Part shown: positions 1 to 8,974 of the stretch, one piece after another
Position numbering within the stretch: the stretch's first letter is position 1
How the letters are laid out: every line of letters begins with the position of its first letter
Virus record (IMG/VR): IMGVR_UViG_3300027917_004314
From: a virus
Taxonomy: Duplodnaviria; Caudoviricetes
DNA: 64,000 nucleotides
Direction: 5' to 3' (one strand)
Translations under genes and position numbers: made by a program
Notes under the pieces: model-generated
Database searches by the model: none
The model's input: only the letters and a program-made list of their open reading frames with translations
Told to the model about the DNA's origin: nothing

Positions 1-892
1 GGTAAAGCCAGATGCAAAAGTTTTCCCGGCACAACCAACGCCGCAATCGTTGAACTGGGGTATATATATTGCAGAACGGTTGGCTCAAATGAAAGGTGCT
101 GCTCTTGGTTTGCCGCAAGATATGGACATTCCATATACAGATAAAATAAAGTTCAAGCTTAGAGAACTCGCAGATCCGAGAGCTTTTCTTACTACACTAG
201 CTGGATTTAGGACGCAAAATGTTCTACCCGATGTACATACCGGAGAAGAAACCGCAGAAGCTTTTACAATACTTGCAAAGTTGTATAACAAACTTACTAG
301 AGGCAAGGAATATAGAGAAAATCTAACGTTTAGTAGTGGAGTTGTCGGAGTTGCCGACAAGGCCGCAAAAGTTGTTTTTGATACTTTTAAGCAATTATAT
401 AACATGCCTGGTGGCAAACAGAGTTATGAGGGATTGGTTAAAAAGAGAACGCCCGCAGCAAAAAAGGCTCCAAAGAAAACTCCAGAAGCACGCATGGATT
501 TGTCATGGGCGGCACCAGGGCGCGAAAGAACCGAAGAGTTAGATACACCAGATAAAGTCGCTGTAGCGATTCGCGGATTGCCATTTATGGAGTTCTTGGC
601 TCAAGTAGATGCATTTGAAGAAATCGCTTTGAACGCATCTAGATATGACAAAAGTCTTCGTGGATTTTGGGGCGAGACGGTTCCATATGGAAGTGAAACT
701 CCCAAACAACGAAGAGAAGTGGCAAGGAAATTTTTGAAAAAACTTAAGACCAGAGCTGGACGTCTATATAGCGCTTTGGGCAGGGTTCAAGGAGAGTTTT
801 TAGCTAAATATAACAAAAGGGATTTCTTAAATTTTGTACACCACATGCAGACTTATTTTGTAGCATTGAGGCAATTAGCAGAGGCATTATGA
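1..892 (+). CDS. Hypothetical protein, 5'-truncated (possible internal head protein)
   Basis: Frame is open from position 2 to TGA at 890-892, so the track's start at 50 is probably not the true start. Lys/Arg/Ala-rich; ATGA overlap with the next gene. Confidence 0.7.
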   Translation, partial: VKPDAKVFPAQPTPQSLNWGIYIAERLAQMKGAALGLPQDMDIPYTDKIKFKLRELADPRAFLTTLAGFRTQNVLPDVHTGEETAEAFTILAKLYNKLTRGKEYRENLTFSSGVVGVADKAAKVVFDTFKQLYNMPGGKQSYEGLVKKRTPAAKKAPKKTPEARMDLSWAAPGRERTEELDTPDKVAVAIRGLPFMEFLAQVDAFEEIALNASRYDKSLRGFWGETVPYGSETPKQRREVARKFLKKLKTRAGRLYSALGRVQGEFLAKYNKRDFLNFVHHMQTYFVALRQLAEAL

Positions 893-2046
893 CCAATATA
901 TTAACTACTAATAATGACAAGCAAATTATTAGAGAAGCTGACATGTTGGCAAATTTTGTATCTGGTGCTTTAGGTAGAGTTAAAGACGATATCAATTTAA
1001 GGGAGAAGCCCTTTGAGACAATCTTCACCGTAATGACTCCAGTAATTGCCCTCAGGTTTGGGTTTCTTTTAGGTAGTATTATAATTGCCGCTGATTATGC
1101 ATTTGGTGCTGGGCCAAGTGCTCTTGGAAGGATGATAGACAACTACCTCAAGATGGGTGGCGCAAAAGACGTGGCGCAAATGGATCTTTCGGAATCTAAC
1201 CTTGAAAAGGCATCAACGTTTTCTCTAGGACAAATTTGGTCTACGCTACAGTCGAAAGCAGGATTAGAATCTAAATCAACGCTTCAAGATATTATGATGG
1301 TTAAAGGATGTATTACACCAAATGACGTAAAGACAGCCTTTTACGTTGGTTTATATAAAGAATCTCAACCTTGGGGATATAGAAGGCCTTGGTTTGGTAG
1401 TAGATATTCGAGGTATTGGGGTACCAGAAGTGGATTTTTTAGAAGGTTTATGAGTGGTGTAAGGTATGGTGGTAGGCTCCCATTTTTCTCAGCTGCACTG
1501 CTTGGATTGTTAAAAGCAGTTGCTAGCGGCTTGGCGATTTTTATGTTGACCGGCGGCGTTGCTAAAATGGTTGGTCTTAAGAGCAAAAAAGAACGGGAAA
1601 TCCGTAAAGAGACTCCATCTGCTTTCAAGTTTCATGATGACGATCCGTTGCTTCCTAGCAAACTGAAGTCTCAGACAATGCAATATTATTCTAATGTTGC
1701 AGGAGATGTAGAAGATACATTAATAAAATTTTTGGATACTTCGGTAGCCAATTTTTCTAGAGCTTTTCAATCTGTAAATGGAATGCCACTAAAGGGCTCG
1801 GCAAAAATGAAATCTGTTTTACAAGATGTAGAGCTTTTAAATTGGGGCACTTTAAATGAGATTAATAAAAGAAAAGCATTTGTGGCTCCAAGAGTAATTA
1901 ATTTGGCGAAAAAATTATTACCAGAAGCACAATATGAAAGAGTTAAAGCGACACCATTGATAAAGAAGAAGCCGTTGCCGACACCAGTTGAAAAAGAATC
2001 GCCAAAAATTGAGGAGTTGTCGGGACTTCTTCAAGGAGCGCATTAA
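889..2046 (+). CDS. Hypothetical protein with two hydrophobic segments (candidate internal/ejection protein)
   Basis: 385-aa ORF. Hydrophobic stretches IFTVMTPVIALRFGFLLGSIIIAA and LPFFSAALLGLLKAVASGLAIFMLTGG. Lies upstream of the capsid genes; function is inferred. Confidence 0.7.
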   Translation: MTNILTTNNDKQIIREADMLANFVSGALGRVKDDINLREKPFETIFTVMTPVIALRFGFLLGSIIIAADYAFGAGPSALGRMIDNYLKMGGAKDVAQMDLSESNLEKASTFSLGQIWSTLQSKAGLESKSTLQDIMMVKGCITPNDVKTAFYVGLYKESQPWGYRRPWFGSRYSRYWGTRSGFFRRFMSGVRYGGRLPFFSAALLGLLKAVASGLAIFMLTGGVAKMVGLKSKKEREIRKETPSAFKFHDDDPLLPSKLKSQTMQYYSNVAGDVEDTLIKFLDTSVANFSRAFQSVNGMPLKGSAKMKSVLQDVELLNWGTLNEINKRKAFVAPRVINLAKKLLPEAQYERVKATPLIKKKPLPTPVEKESPKIEELSGLLQGAH

Positions 2047-3440
2047 TGTACAAAGAATGGGAAAGCAGCGGCGTTATGCAAGAATTTCTAAAAGTCGCTG
2101 CAAAATCGGGTTTGATAACATCAGATCTACAACAAAAAGAACTAGCTGGTAATGCCGACGAGGAGACGCCTGTAAAAGATCACAGGAGATATGAACCTAC
2201 CGAAGAATACGAGCTAGAGGTAGAGGGTGGAAATTTAGTTGAGAAAGCTCACCCAGAACAAGCGTGGACGGCCAAACAAAGTCCCATAATGAATAGTATG
2301 GGCGAAGGAAGTCTTGTAGAAAACATTGAAGAACAGCAAAAAAAAGATATCGAGGTCGCAACCAAGATGCCTAGCGGCGCATTGCCTGGCATTCATGCCT
2401 CGATGGTTTCTGAGTTGATTAAACTTGCTGATCGGCTTGATGGAGAAAACAAGACTAAAGAAGCAGCAAGAATTGATGAAACGATTGAGAGGCTTGGCCG
2501 CCTCCCTTTCGCCGATAGCCGCCCGCGCATTAAAGAAGGCGGTTGGTTTGCGCCAATCGTACTTTTAATTACTACTGTAGCACCACTCGCTTGGGATTAT
2601 TTTTTTAACAAAGGTAAAATAACAACCACTAAAGGCAAACCTGATGTGGGGAAAGGTAGAGTTGTTAGGACAAGGAAAGCTCCAATGGGTAGGGTTGGCA
2701 AAGTTATTACCACAATAGGACTTGGTTTATCAGCGTTAACCTTGCTAGGAAAAAAGATCACAAGCGTGCAAGAAGGCATTAAAAAAGACACGAAAGATCT
2801 ACATGATGTGCTACAAAAGGCAGCACCAGAATCAGCTGCAGCAGCTCAGGCTGCGGCGAAATTAGCACCATATATCAAAGAACTTGAACAAAAGCCAACA
2901 AAGCCAGAAGATTATACGAGATATCGGCAAAAGGTTATAGAACTTAAGAGCTTATTGCCATCTATCAGGAAACACATAGACGACGCATTGTCTACTGACA
3001 TCGAGGCTGGCCTTTGGACATGGACAGGGTTAGATTTACACTCTAGAATAGCTGAAAAATTGAATACTTGGGAAGCCGACCTGGAAGCCGTAAAAACGAA
3101 GGGGGCTAGGTTAGATGCTGTGGCGGCAGAAGAATATCGACGGACGCCAATGGTTATGGAGGGCGTTTATGGTTTGCAACAAGTGCTAACACTAAATGGT
3201 CTGCTTTCTAAAAATCAAATAAGTGGTGCGATGGATGATGTGACGCTTAAAGCGACACAGCAGCTAGAGAAACGCTTAGACACAGACACTGATACTCTCT
3301 ATAGTAAGAAAATTATTAGGCGAAAACCAAAGGATGGTTTTGCTGGCAAAATAGTTAGAAACGGCCAATTGGTTATGAGACCTGAAAAATTGCAGAGGAT
3401 CATAAGTCTTATAGACCAACTTAAAGCCAAAATGGGTTAA
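2046..3440 (+). CDS. Hypothetical protein with hydrophobic segments and a degenerate C-terminal peptidoglycan-binding-like motif
   Basis: 464-aa ORF coupled by TAATG. VYGLQQVLTLNGLL...SGAMDDVTLKATQQLE resembles the PG_binding_1 pattern. Confidence 0.65.
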   Translation: MYKEWESSGVMQEFLKVAAKSGLITSDLQQKELAGNADEETPVKDHRRYEPTEEYELEVEGGNLVEKAHPEQAWTAKQSPIMNSMGEGSLVENIEEQQKKDIEVATKMPSGALPGIHASMVSELIKLADRLDGENKTKEAARIDETIERLGRLPFADSRPRIKEGGWFAPIVLLITTVAPLAWDYFFNKGKITTTKGKPDVGKGRVVRTRKAPMGRVGKVITTIGLGLSALTLLGKKITSVQEGIKKDTKDLHDVLQKAAPESAAAAQAAAKLAPYIKELEQKPTKPEDYTRYRQKVIELKSLLPSIRKHIDDALSTDIEAGLWTWTGLDLHSRIAEKLNTWEADLEAVKTKGARLDAVAAEEYRRTPMVMEGVYGLQQVLTLNGLLSKNQISGAMDDVTLKATQQLEKRLDTDTDTLYSKKIIRRKPKDGFAGKIVRNGQLVMRPEKLQRIISLIDQLKAKMG

Positions 3441-3528
3441 ATTCTTAACCATTTCAACCAGTTAGTTAATTTACCAAATTATACGCTTTTTTAAGAATAC
3501 GCCATAAGTAGTTAATATTTATAAGAAT

Positions 3529-3537
3529 CTATCAATA
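3529..3537 (+). promoter_or_regulatory. Candidate late promoter CTATCAATA
   Basis: Identical 9-mer in the intergenic regions upstream of the genes at 3618, 5562, 7347, 30684 and (minus strand) 30544. Confidence 0.6.
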
Positions 3538-3617
3538 TTAAAATATAGAAATGTAATCCCTGTTAGGGAATTGGATCAAAGACAATAAAATAAAAATCTT
3601 TTCGGAGGATATAGAAC

Positions 3618-4271
3618 ATGGCTCTTTATATTTACCAGTCAGGAGTCCAACCACTAGGACAGTTTGACGCTCTAGATGGCTATCTCGACGGAACTTATGA
3701 CACCATCCTTGGTGGTGAAATTGGCACCGTTTTCGCAGCTGCTAGGACCGTTTCCGCCAGCGAAAAAGCCGCATACGACGTACTTGATGGTTATACCAAC
3801 GCAACTGATCAGTACCGCCCTGCGATCGCTAACAGTATTGATGCATCTACTACACGCCCACTATGGCTACTTGATGATGGTACAGCCGGATATGGCACTC
3901 TGTTTGGCCAGGTAATTGGTACTCCAGTCGGACTTTCCACCACTGGAACCAATCTCGGACCTCACACCGCTGCTGCAAGTGGCAAGGTCACTTGTTGGGA
4001 CAAGCCAGGTCTTTACGCAGTTTCTGTTGACGCAGTTGACACTTCTGCCGACGGTCTGGTACTCACCAACGTTAATTGTGACCCCGCTGCTGCGATTCAG
4101 CCACAGCATGATGGTACTCTGACCGTATCTACAGCTTCTACTGCTGTTGATGTCACAGTTGGTCGATTCATGGAATTTGAGACAAGCCCGTTCTTGGTAA
4201 CCACTCCACCTTCATTGGTCGGTGCTACCGAAGCGGCAGTAAGAGTTGTATTTAGCTACATGGTAGAGTAA
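3618..4271 (+). CDS. Head decoration / capsid cement protein
   Basis: 217 aa, immediately upstream of the major capsid protein; GGAGG RBS; Gly/Thr/Ala-rich beta-type composition. Confidence 0.65.
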   Translation: MALYIYQSGVQPLGQFDALDGYLDGTYDTILGGEIGTVFAAARTVSASEKAAYDVLDGYTNATDQYRPAIANSIDASTTRPLWLLDDGTAGYGTLFGQVIGTPVGLSTTGTNLGPHTAAASGKVTCWDKPGLYAVSVDAVDTSADGLVLTNVNCDPAAAIQPQHDGTLTVSTASTAVDVTVGRFMEFETSPFLVTTPPSLVGATEAAVRVVFSYMVE

Positions 4272-4313
4272 TAAGAAATAGTAAGAATAAAGACAATAGT
4301 GATTCCAAGGATT

Positions 4314-4334
4314 CCCCCCTCTTAAAGAGGGGGG
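4314..4334 (+). other. GC-rich intergenic hairpin between the decoration and capsid genes
   Basis: CCCCCCTCT-TAA-AGAGGGGGG, 9-bp perfect stem with no downstream U-tract. Confidence 0.6.
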
Positions 4335-4367
4335 CCTTAAAAATAACAATAGGAGGACAAAGGCACT

Positions 4368-5399
4368 ATGTCGTTATTTAGTACATATGGAAAACAAGGC
4401 GAGCTGAATGCGAGTTCCGTTAGAGATGCTCTTGCGAACATTGTGAAGTACGCTAGCGTACTTGACGATTTGGCCCCTGCAAACCAGGGTCTAGCGCAAC
4501 AGCCATCCTATACGGATGATCAGCGTAACGAGCTTATTAAGCGCGCTTTGATGACGCAAGAAGGCAAGATTGCTCTTGGCCAGGCAATGGCCAATCCGAT
4601 CCGCAGAAACTTGGATTATCAAGGAGTGGGCCGGAGAGTTTTGGTTGTCGACCCGTTGCCCCAAGGTGCTCTTCCTGTATACGACCGCGATATCGATGTC
4701 GCAGCTACCGTTGTTTCTAGCAATGGTTCTGCTCCAGAGAGCCGCGTGTTCGGTGACAGGGTGACTGTACCTGAGTTTGAGGTTGTTTCTAATCCTACTG
4801 TGCGTATTGCTGAGGTAAGAAGGCGTCGTTTTAACGTGATCGACCGTGCTCAGCAGAAGGCAAGGCAAGAGATCCAGGCACAAGAAGATGCTAACATTTT
4901 CGCGTCCCTCGATTTCGCAGCCGATGCAACGCTTGGTGGAGAGAACACTGCCCAGGATATTGCTGATGCGGGACTTCTAAAGCGTGACCTTTCCGAGATT
5001 AAGGTTCAGGTAGACCGTTGGGACCTTGTAACTACTAAGTTCCTCATGAATATCATTGAATTTAATGACATTCTGAATTGGGCAACTGGTGGTGGCCAAG
5101 GATCTAATGGCGGCGAGGTTGATCCTGTTACGATGAGAGAGATCCTTCAGACTGGTCTATATGCCCACATCTGGGGTGCAGACATCATCGTTTCTAAGAT
5201 CGTCCCAGTCGGAACCGTTTTCGGAACCGCCGATCCAGAGTTCGTAGGTGTTATGCCTGTCCGTCAGGACATCGAGGTACTACCTGCCGATGAGCCCAAG
5301 CAGCTAAAGCTTGGTTGGGTTATCTCTGAGATCATCGGAATCGGCATCGTCAACCCACGCGGTTGCGCTGTTGGTCGTAAGTCTGTTGCTGTTGGCTAA
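4368..5399 (+). CDS. Major capsid protein (HK97-fold type)
   Basis: 343 aa; AGGAGG RBS; followed by a strong terminator. Motifs IRRNLDYQGVGRRVLVVDPLPQG and HIWGADIIVSKIVPVGTVF...EIIGIGIVNPRG are typical of large tailed-virus capsid proteins. Confidence 0.85.
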   Translation: MSLFSTYGKQGELNASSVRDALANIVKYASVLDDLAPANQGLAQQPSYTDDQRNELIKRALMTQEGKIALGQAMANPIRRNLDYQGVGRRVLVVDPLPQGALPVYDRDIDVAATVVSSNGSAPESRVFGDRVTVPEFEVVSNPTVRIAEVRRRRFNVIDRAQQKARQEIQAQEDANIFASLDFAADATLGGENTAQDIADAGLLKRDLSEIKVQVDRWDLVTTKFLMNIIEFNDILNWATGGGQGSNGGEVDPVTMREILQTGLYAHIWGADIIVSKIVPVGTVFGTADPEFVGVMPVRQDIEVLPADEPKQLKLGWVISEIIGIGIVNPRGCAVGRKSVAVG

Positions 5400-5425
5400 T
5401 ACCCAAGTAACTAAAACTTAATAAG

Positions 5426-5465
5426 AAAACGGGCTATCTTGGATGGGTAGCCCGTTTTTACTTTT
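5426..5465 (+). terminator. Intrinsic terminator (possibly bidirectional) after the capsid gene
   Basis: AAAACGGGCTATC-TTGGATG-GGTAGCCCGTTTT followed by TACTTTT. Confidence 0.85.
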
Positions 5466-5466
5466 A

Positions 5467-5475
5467 CTATCAATA
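5467..5475 (+). promoter_or_regulatory. Candidate late promoter CTATCAATA
   Basis: Second exact copy, directly after the capsid terminator, where transcription would need to restart. Confidence 0.6.
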
Positions 5476-5561
5476 ATTTAGAATACTATTAACTCATATA
5501 TTAGCGGACTATAGGGTGTTGAGGTTGGTGTAGAGTCAGCGTGTTGGTGGGGGTGTATGAT

Positions 5562-6014
5562 ATGAGTAGTTTTGGTTCTCCAGCTAGATGTTATGGAAAA
5601 ACATATATTGCTAGTGGTGGTAATACAGAATTAATAGATGCGGACACATGGTACCAAATAGATGGTGCCGCTTATAGCAGCACTATTTGCTATTATTTTC
5701 ATCAAACTGATGCTAGTAGTGCTATGCAATATCGTAGGCTAAGTCCAAGAAGAGTTTATTTAAGAGCAACGATATCTGCATCCTCAAACAAAGCAGACAA
5801 CTTTCATTTTGGTTTTGCAAGGAATGGAGCGGTTATTAGTGATAGCTGTATTGATAGGCAGATTAACGCTCTTGGGGAAAAGGCAAGCGTTTCTATAATT
5901 TGGACCTTATGTTTGTACAATAATGATATAGTATCAATAGTGGTAAAATCTACGGTACAGAATAATGCGACTCTAACGACTGACCACGGTGTTTTTGTTG
6001 CAACTAGTATATGA
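5562..6014 (+). CDS. Small jelly-roll (BclA-C/C1q-like) virion protein
   Basis: ATG at 5562 is in frame with the track's GTG at 5541. Alternating beta-strand pattern (YLRATISAS, FHFGFARNG, IVSIVV). Confidence 0.5.
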   Translation: MSSFGSPARCYGKTYIASGGNTELIDADTWYQIDGAAYSSTICYYFHQTDASSAMQYRRLSPRRVYLRATISASSNKADNFHFGFARNGAVISDSCIDRQINALGEKASVSIIWTLCLYNNDIVSIVVKSTVQNNATLTTDHGVFVATSI

Positions 6015-6050
6015 TACATTCCCCCAAAAAAATGAAATATGGAGGAAAAG

Positions 6051-7295
6051 ATGAGTGGTTTTGCCGGAAGAAGTAGCTTCTTGACTGACGCAGACGGTGC
6101 GTTTATCACTAGTTTTCAAGATGAATCTAAAGATGCATTCACTCGCCTGAGAGTTTCAAACAATCATTTGCTTTTAACATCGCAACAGACTTTTGATTCT
6201 TTACCGTTAGTATGGGATACGGAGCTAACAGGTTCTGCTTCAACGTTGTTTTTGCCAGACGAATCAACTACATCGTTGATCGTAACCGGGGATTTAGGAG
6301 ACAAAGTAATCAGACAAACAAAGCGTTATTGGCTTTATCGTGCTGGGCAAGGGCACAATATTCATATGACGTTCGGAGATGGATATCAAGCAGCCGGTAT
6401 TAGAAAACGAGTTGGGTATTTTGATGGATATAATGGAATATTTTTAGAAATCACAGAGAATGATATAGCTGTGGTATTGCGTTCATATACATCTGGTATT
6501 GTTGAAGAACGGCGTATTACACAAAAAAACTGGAATTTTGATCATTTAGATGGTACCGGTAGGAGTGGCATCACGTTAGATTTAACAAGCACCCAAATCT
6601 TTCATATTGATTTTCAATGGCTTGGAGTTGGTAGGGTACGCACCGGTTTTGATATTGGTGGTAAAACATATTATATACACATATTTGAGAACGCTAACAG
6701 ATATCCCTCTGTATACATGAGTACAGCGACACTACCTTGCCGATATGAAATAGAGGCGGTTGATGATTGTCTGGGTGGAACATTAAATCACATATGTAGT
6801 TCCGTATTCAGAGAAGGTGGTGATGAAGAAGAGGGTATTCGTACGTCAGCTACTACTGGCTTTGCGGCAACGACAGCGACAACCACGCAACGCAGTGTAT
6901 TATCCCTTCGTTTAAGAAGTTCTCATATACGTGGATTTTTACAACCAATTAACTCGTTGATCAACAATCGCGGCACTGAGAGCGTTAGATGGGACGTGGT
7001 ACTTAATCCAACGCTTGATGGCACGCTTTCCTGGATTAACATAGGACAATCCGCACAGCAATCTATAACGCAGCTAAATTATACTGCTGGTAGTGGTCAT
7101 CGTATAGCATCTGGATACGTTAATGCAGCGGTGGGGGTAGTAACAAATAAGCAGGTAGCGAACTCGGATATAAACTCCATATTGGGTGTTGCGGCAGATA
7201 TAGGAGGAACATCTGACGTTTTGTCAATAATTGTAGAGTCTTCTACTGGCAGCCAAACAATTGATGCTATTTTATCGTTTTTAGAATTATTTTAA
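6051..7295 (+). CDS. Virion structural protein, lectin/concanavalin-like
   Basis: GGAGG precedes ATG 6051. The motifs DAFTRLRVS and IDFQWLGVGRVRTGF resemble widespread phage structural proteins. Confidence 0.6.
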   Translation: MSGFAGRSSFLTDADGAFITSFQDESKDAFTRLRVSNNHLLLTSQQTFDSLPLVWDTELTGSASTLFLPDESTTSLIVTGDLGDKVIRQTKRYWLYRAGQGHNIHMTFGDGYQAAGIRKRVGYFDGYNGIFLEITENDIAVVLRSYTSGIVEERRITQKNWNFDHLDGTGRSGITLDLTSTQIFHIDFQWLGVGRVRTGFDIGGKTYYIHIFENANRYPSVYMSTATLPCRYEIEAVDDCLGGTLNHICSSVFREGGDEEEGIRTSATTGFAATTATTTQRSVLSLRLRSSHIRGFLQPINSLINNRGTESVRWDVVLNPTLDGTLSWINIGQSAQQSITQLNYTAGSGHRIASGYVNAAVGVVTNKQVANSDINSILGVAADIGGTSDVLSIIVESSTGSQTIDAILSFLELF

Positions 7296-7310
7296 AATGA
7301 TATCAAAAAT

Positions 7311-7319
7311 CTATCAATA
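7311..7319 (+). promoter_or_regulatory. Candidate late promoter CTATCAATA
   Basis: Third exact copy, in the 51-nt gap before gene 7347. Confidence 0.6.
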
Positions 7320-7346
7320 ACCAATCATAATTATAGGAGTTTGTGA

Positions 7347-7634
7347 ATGAGCAAATGGAATTATTTTGATGTTGTAACCGTTGACGGGTACGATTTTCCT
7401 GTTGTACCGCAAGCTAATTTTAGTTTTCTTTCTACTGCAATCAGCTTTCTAAACAGGAGTAGTTACGTCATAGAATATTCTTTTGATGGTACAACTTTAC
7501 ATGGGGATCTAAACCCTTCTGACAGTTCTAGTGGAGTAATGTGTGACAACCGTGTAGAAAGCAAAGTATGGTTTAGGGCAGTTGATGGGTATGGAGATGT
7601 AAGAGTCGAGGCTTGGGGGAACTCTGGTAGATAA
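7347..7634 (+). CDS. Small beta-rich protein with two DGY motifs (possible decoration protein)
   Basis: 95 aa; AGGAG RBS; own candidate promoter. Confidence 0.7.
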   Translation: MSKWNYFDVVTVDGYDFPVVPQANFSFLSTAISFLNRSSYVIEYSFDGTTLHGDLNPSDSSSGVMCDNRVESKVWFRAVDGYGDVRVEAWGNSGR

Positions 7635-7939
7635 TGTCTTTTATTAAACGTTCAGATGGCACGACCGTTTATGCTGGCAGACACCCAACTGTACGTCCGT
7701 CATTAGCTGAGATTAGGCACGGTGGTGCTGCGACTAATGAACCAGAGAGCCCAGAAGAAAAAATGTGGCTAAAACAGGTTGTGGCAGCCATGATGCCTTT
7801 TGGTGAAGCTGCTGCTTTTGATTATTATCCAAGCGAGGAAGCGGAAATTATTTCCATGTTGTGGGGCATTTATTATAATACCTGTCCTACTGTTCGAAGA
7901 GATTTCAACGACGAATATTTTAGCCCATCAGATCATTAA
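7634..7939 (+). CDS. Hypothetical protein
   Basis: 101 aa, TAATG-coupled to the upstream gene. Confidence 0.65.
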   Translation: MSFIKRSDGTTVYAGRHPTVRPSLAEIRHGGAATNEPESPEEKMWLKQVVAAMMPFGEAAAFDYYPSEEAEIISMLWGIYYNTCPTVRRDFNDEYFSPSDH

Positions 7940-7950
7940 GAGGGAAAATA

Positions 7951-8205
7951 ATGGGGATGAAAAGCGAGAAAGAAGTTAGAGAAGGATTGATGAATCATGC
8001 GCGTCGTATTGGGGCGCAAGCTGACTTGCAACATTTATTTGACAAATGGGATAGAGCTATTGCGCTTGCCCCGGCAAACGAAAAATTAGACATGGCAAGA
8101 GCAGCAATTTTAGAAGTGCAGGCCCTTCTAGATATCCATGCCAAAGATGGGCTTACAATAAATAATGAGATAGTTATTCCTATGACGTCTAAGGAGAAGA
8201 AGTGA
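7951..8205 (+). CDS. Hypothetical helical protein
   Basis: 84 aa; GAGGG RBS-like element. Confidence 0.65.
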   Translation: MGMKSEKEVREGLMNHARRIGAQADLQHLFDKWDRAIALAPANEKLDMARAAILEVQALLDIHAKDGLTINNEIVIPMTSKEKK

Positions 8206-8417
8206 GTAATTATAGTATACAAATACGCGGCAATACTATTAAAGTTGATGGACTGCCAATCAAAAGAATTCCCAAAGACAAAACGTGTATCATCGACGGT
8301 TTTTATATTGAAAATGGAAGAATTATAAAGCATGGAGTGTTTAAATTGGTCCCAAAACGAGATGGGGCAACATATATAATTACAAATAATATTATTAAAC
8401 GCACTGACGTGTGTTAA
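8202..8417 (+). CDS. Hypothetical protein
   Basis: 71 aa; GTG start overlaps the upstream TGA; AAGGAG RBS. Confidence 0.55.
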   Translation: MSNYSIQIRGNTIKVDGLPIKRIPKDKTCIIDGFYIENGRIIKHGVFKLVPKRDGATYIITNNIIKRTDVC

Positions 8418-8456
8418 AAAGTCACTATTCGAGTGGCAAAAAAAGGAGAAGGAAAA

Positions 8457-8953
8457 ATGACAGAACAAGTTAAGAATGGAGTAGTCGTTTGGTCGTAGGC
8501 CCCTTGGTGCAGTAATGTGCCAAGAGCATTGGGTGAATTGCTGGGAACCTCAGCACGTAACGGTGGTGGCAATCAGCAGCCAAGTTTGTGAAGTTTATTT
8601 AGTAGCAAAAAGGTTCAGAGACTAGAAAAGTGAGTAGAACAGCGATAATCTTTTCCACGAGCGCCCGATATCCTTTTAGGATAAAAATATAGTCCGACAC
8701 TCTAAAGAAATTTAGAGATCTGGTTTAAACGTCCAGAGCAACAGATGTTAACGACAAAAGAGGAATTGGATTTATTAAGCCTGATGCTGGAGATGATGAC
8801 ATGTTTGTCCATTTCAGCAACATCGTCGGTGAGCCAGGTAAGTTTAAGTCTTTGACCGCCGGTCAGAGAGTATCTTTTACTATCGGAGCCAACAATAAGG
8901 GTCCTCAGGCAGAAAACGTAGTAATTCTAGAAGAACCAAGTACGGAAGTATAA
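8457..8953 (+). CDS. csp: Cold-shock domain protein split by a group I intron (exon 1 8457-8493, exon 2 8748-8953; 80 aa spliced)
   Basis: The joined exons read [80 protein letters not shown], with RNP1 (RGIGFI) and RNP2 (FVHF). AAGGAG RBS upstream. Absent from the ORF track. Confidence 0.92.
8494..8747 (+). ncRNA. Group I self-splicing intron, subgroup IA-like, ORF-less, 254 nt
   Basis: 5' exon ends in U and the intron ends in G. Conserved elements: P AATTGCTGGGAA (8536-8547), Q AATCAGCAG (8571-8579), R GTTCAGAGACTA (8613-8624), S AAAATATAGTCC (8684-8695). P2 has a GTAA loop (8503-8524); P3 pairs GGGTG/CGCCC; P7.1 pairs GAAAAG/CTTTTC; P9 is CTCTAAA-GAAA-TTTAGAG. Confidence 0.92.
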
Positions 8954-8974
8954 TCAAAAGGAATTTTTGCAAAC

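Noticed and set aside
5849-5857. Minus-strand CTATCAATA copy inside gene 5562-6014
   Set aside because: It lies within a CDS with no credible minus-strand gene downstream, and about one chance copy is expected in the window.
8457-8760. Stop-codon readthrough or an alternative genetic code explaining the broken csp gene
   Set aside because: The sequence after TAG is not Csp-like and exon 2 is reached only by removing 254 nt. Elsewhere TAA, TAG and TGA all end genes cleanly and multi-kb ORFs are intact in the standard code.
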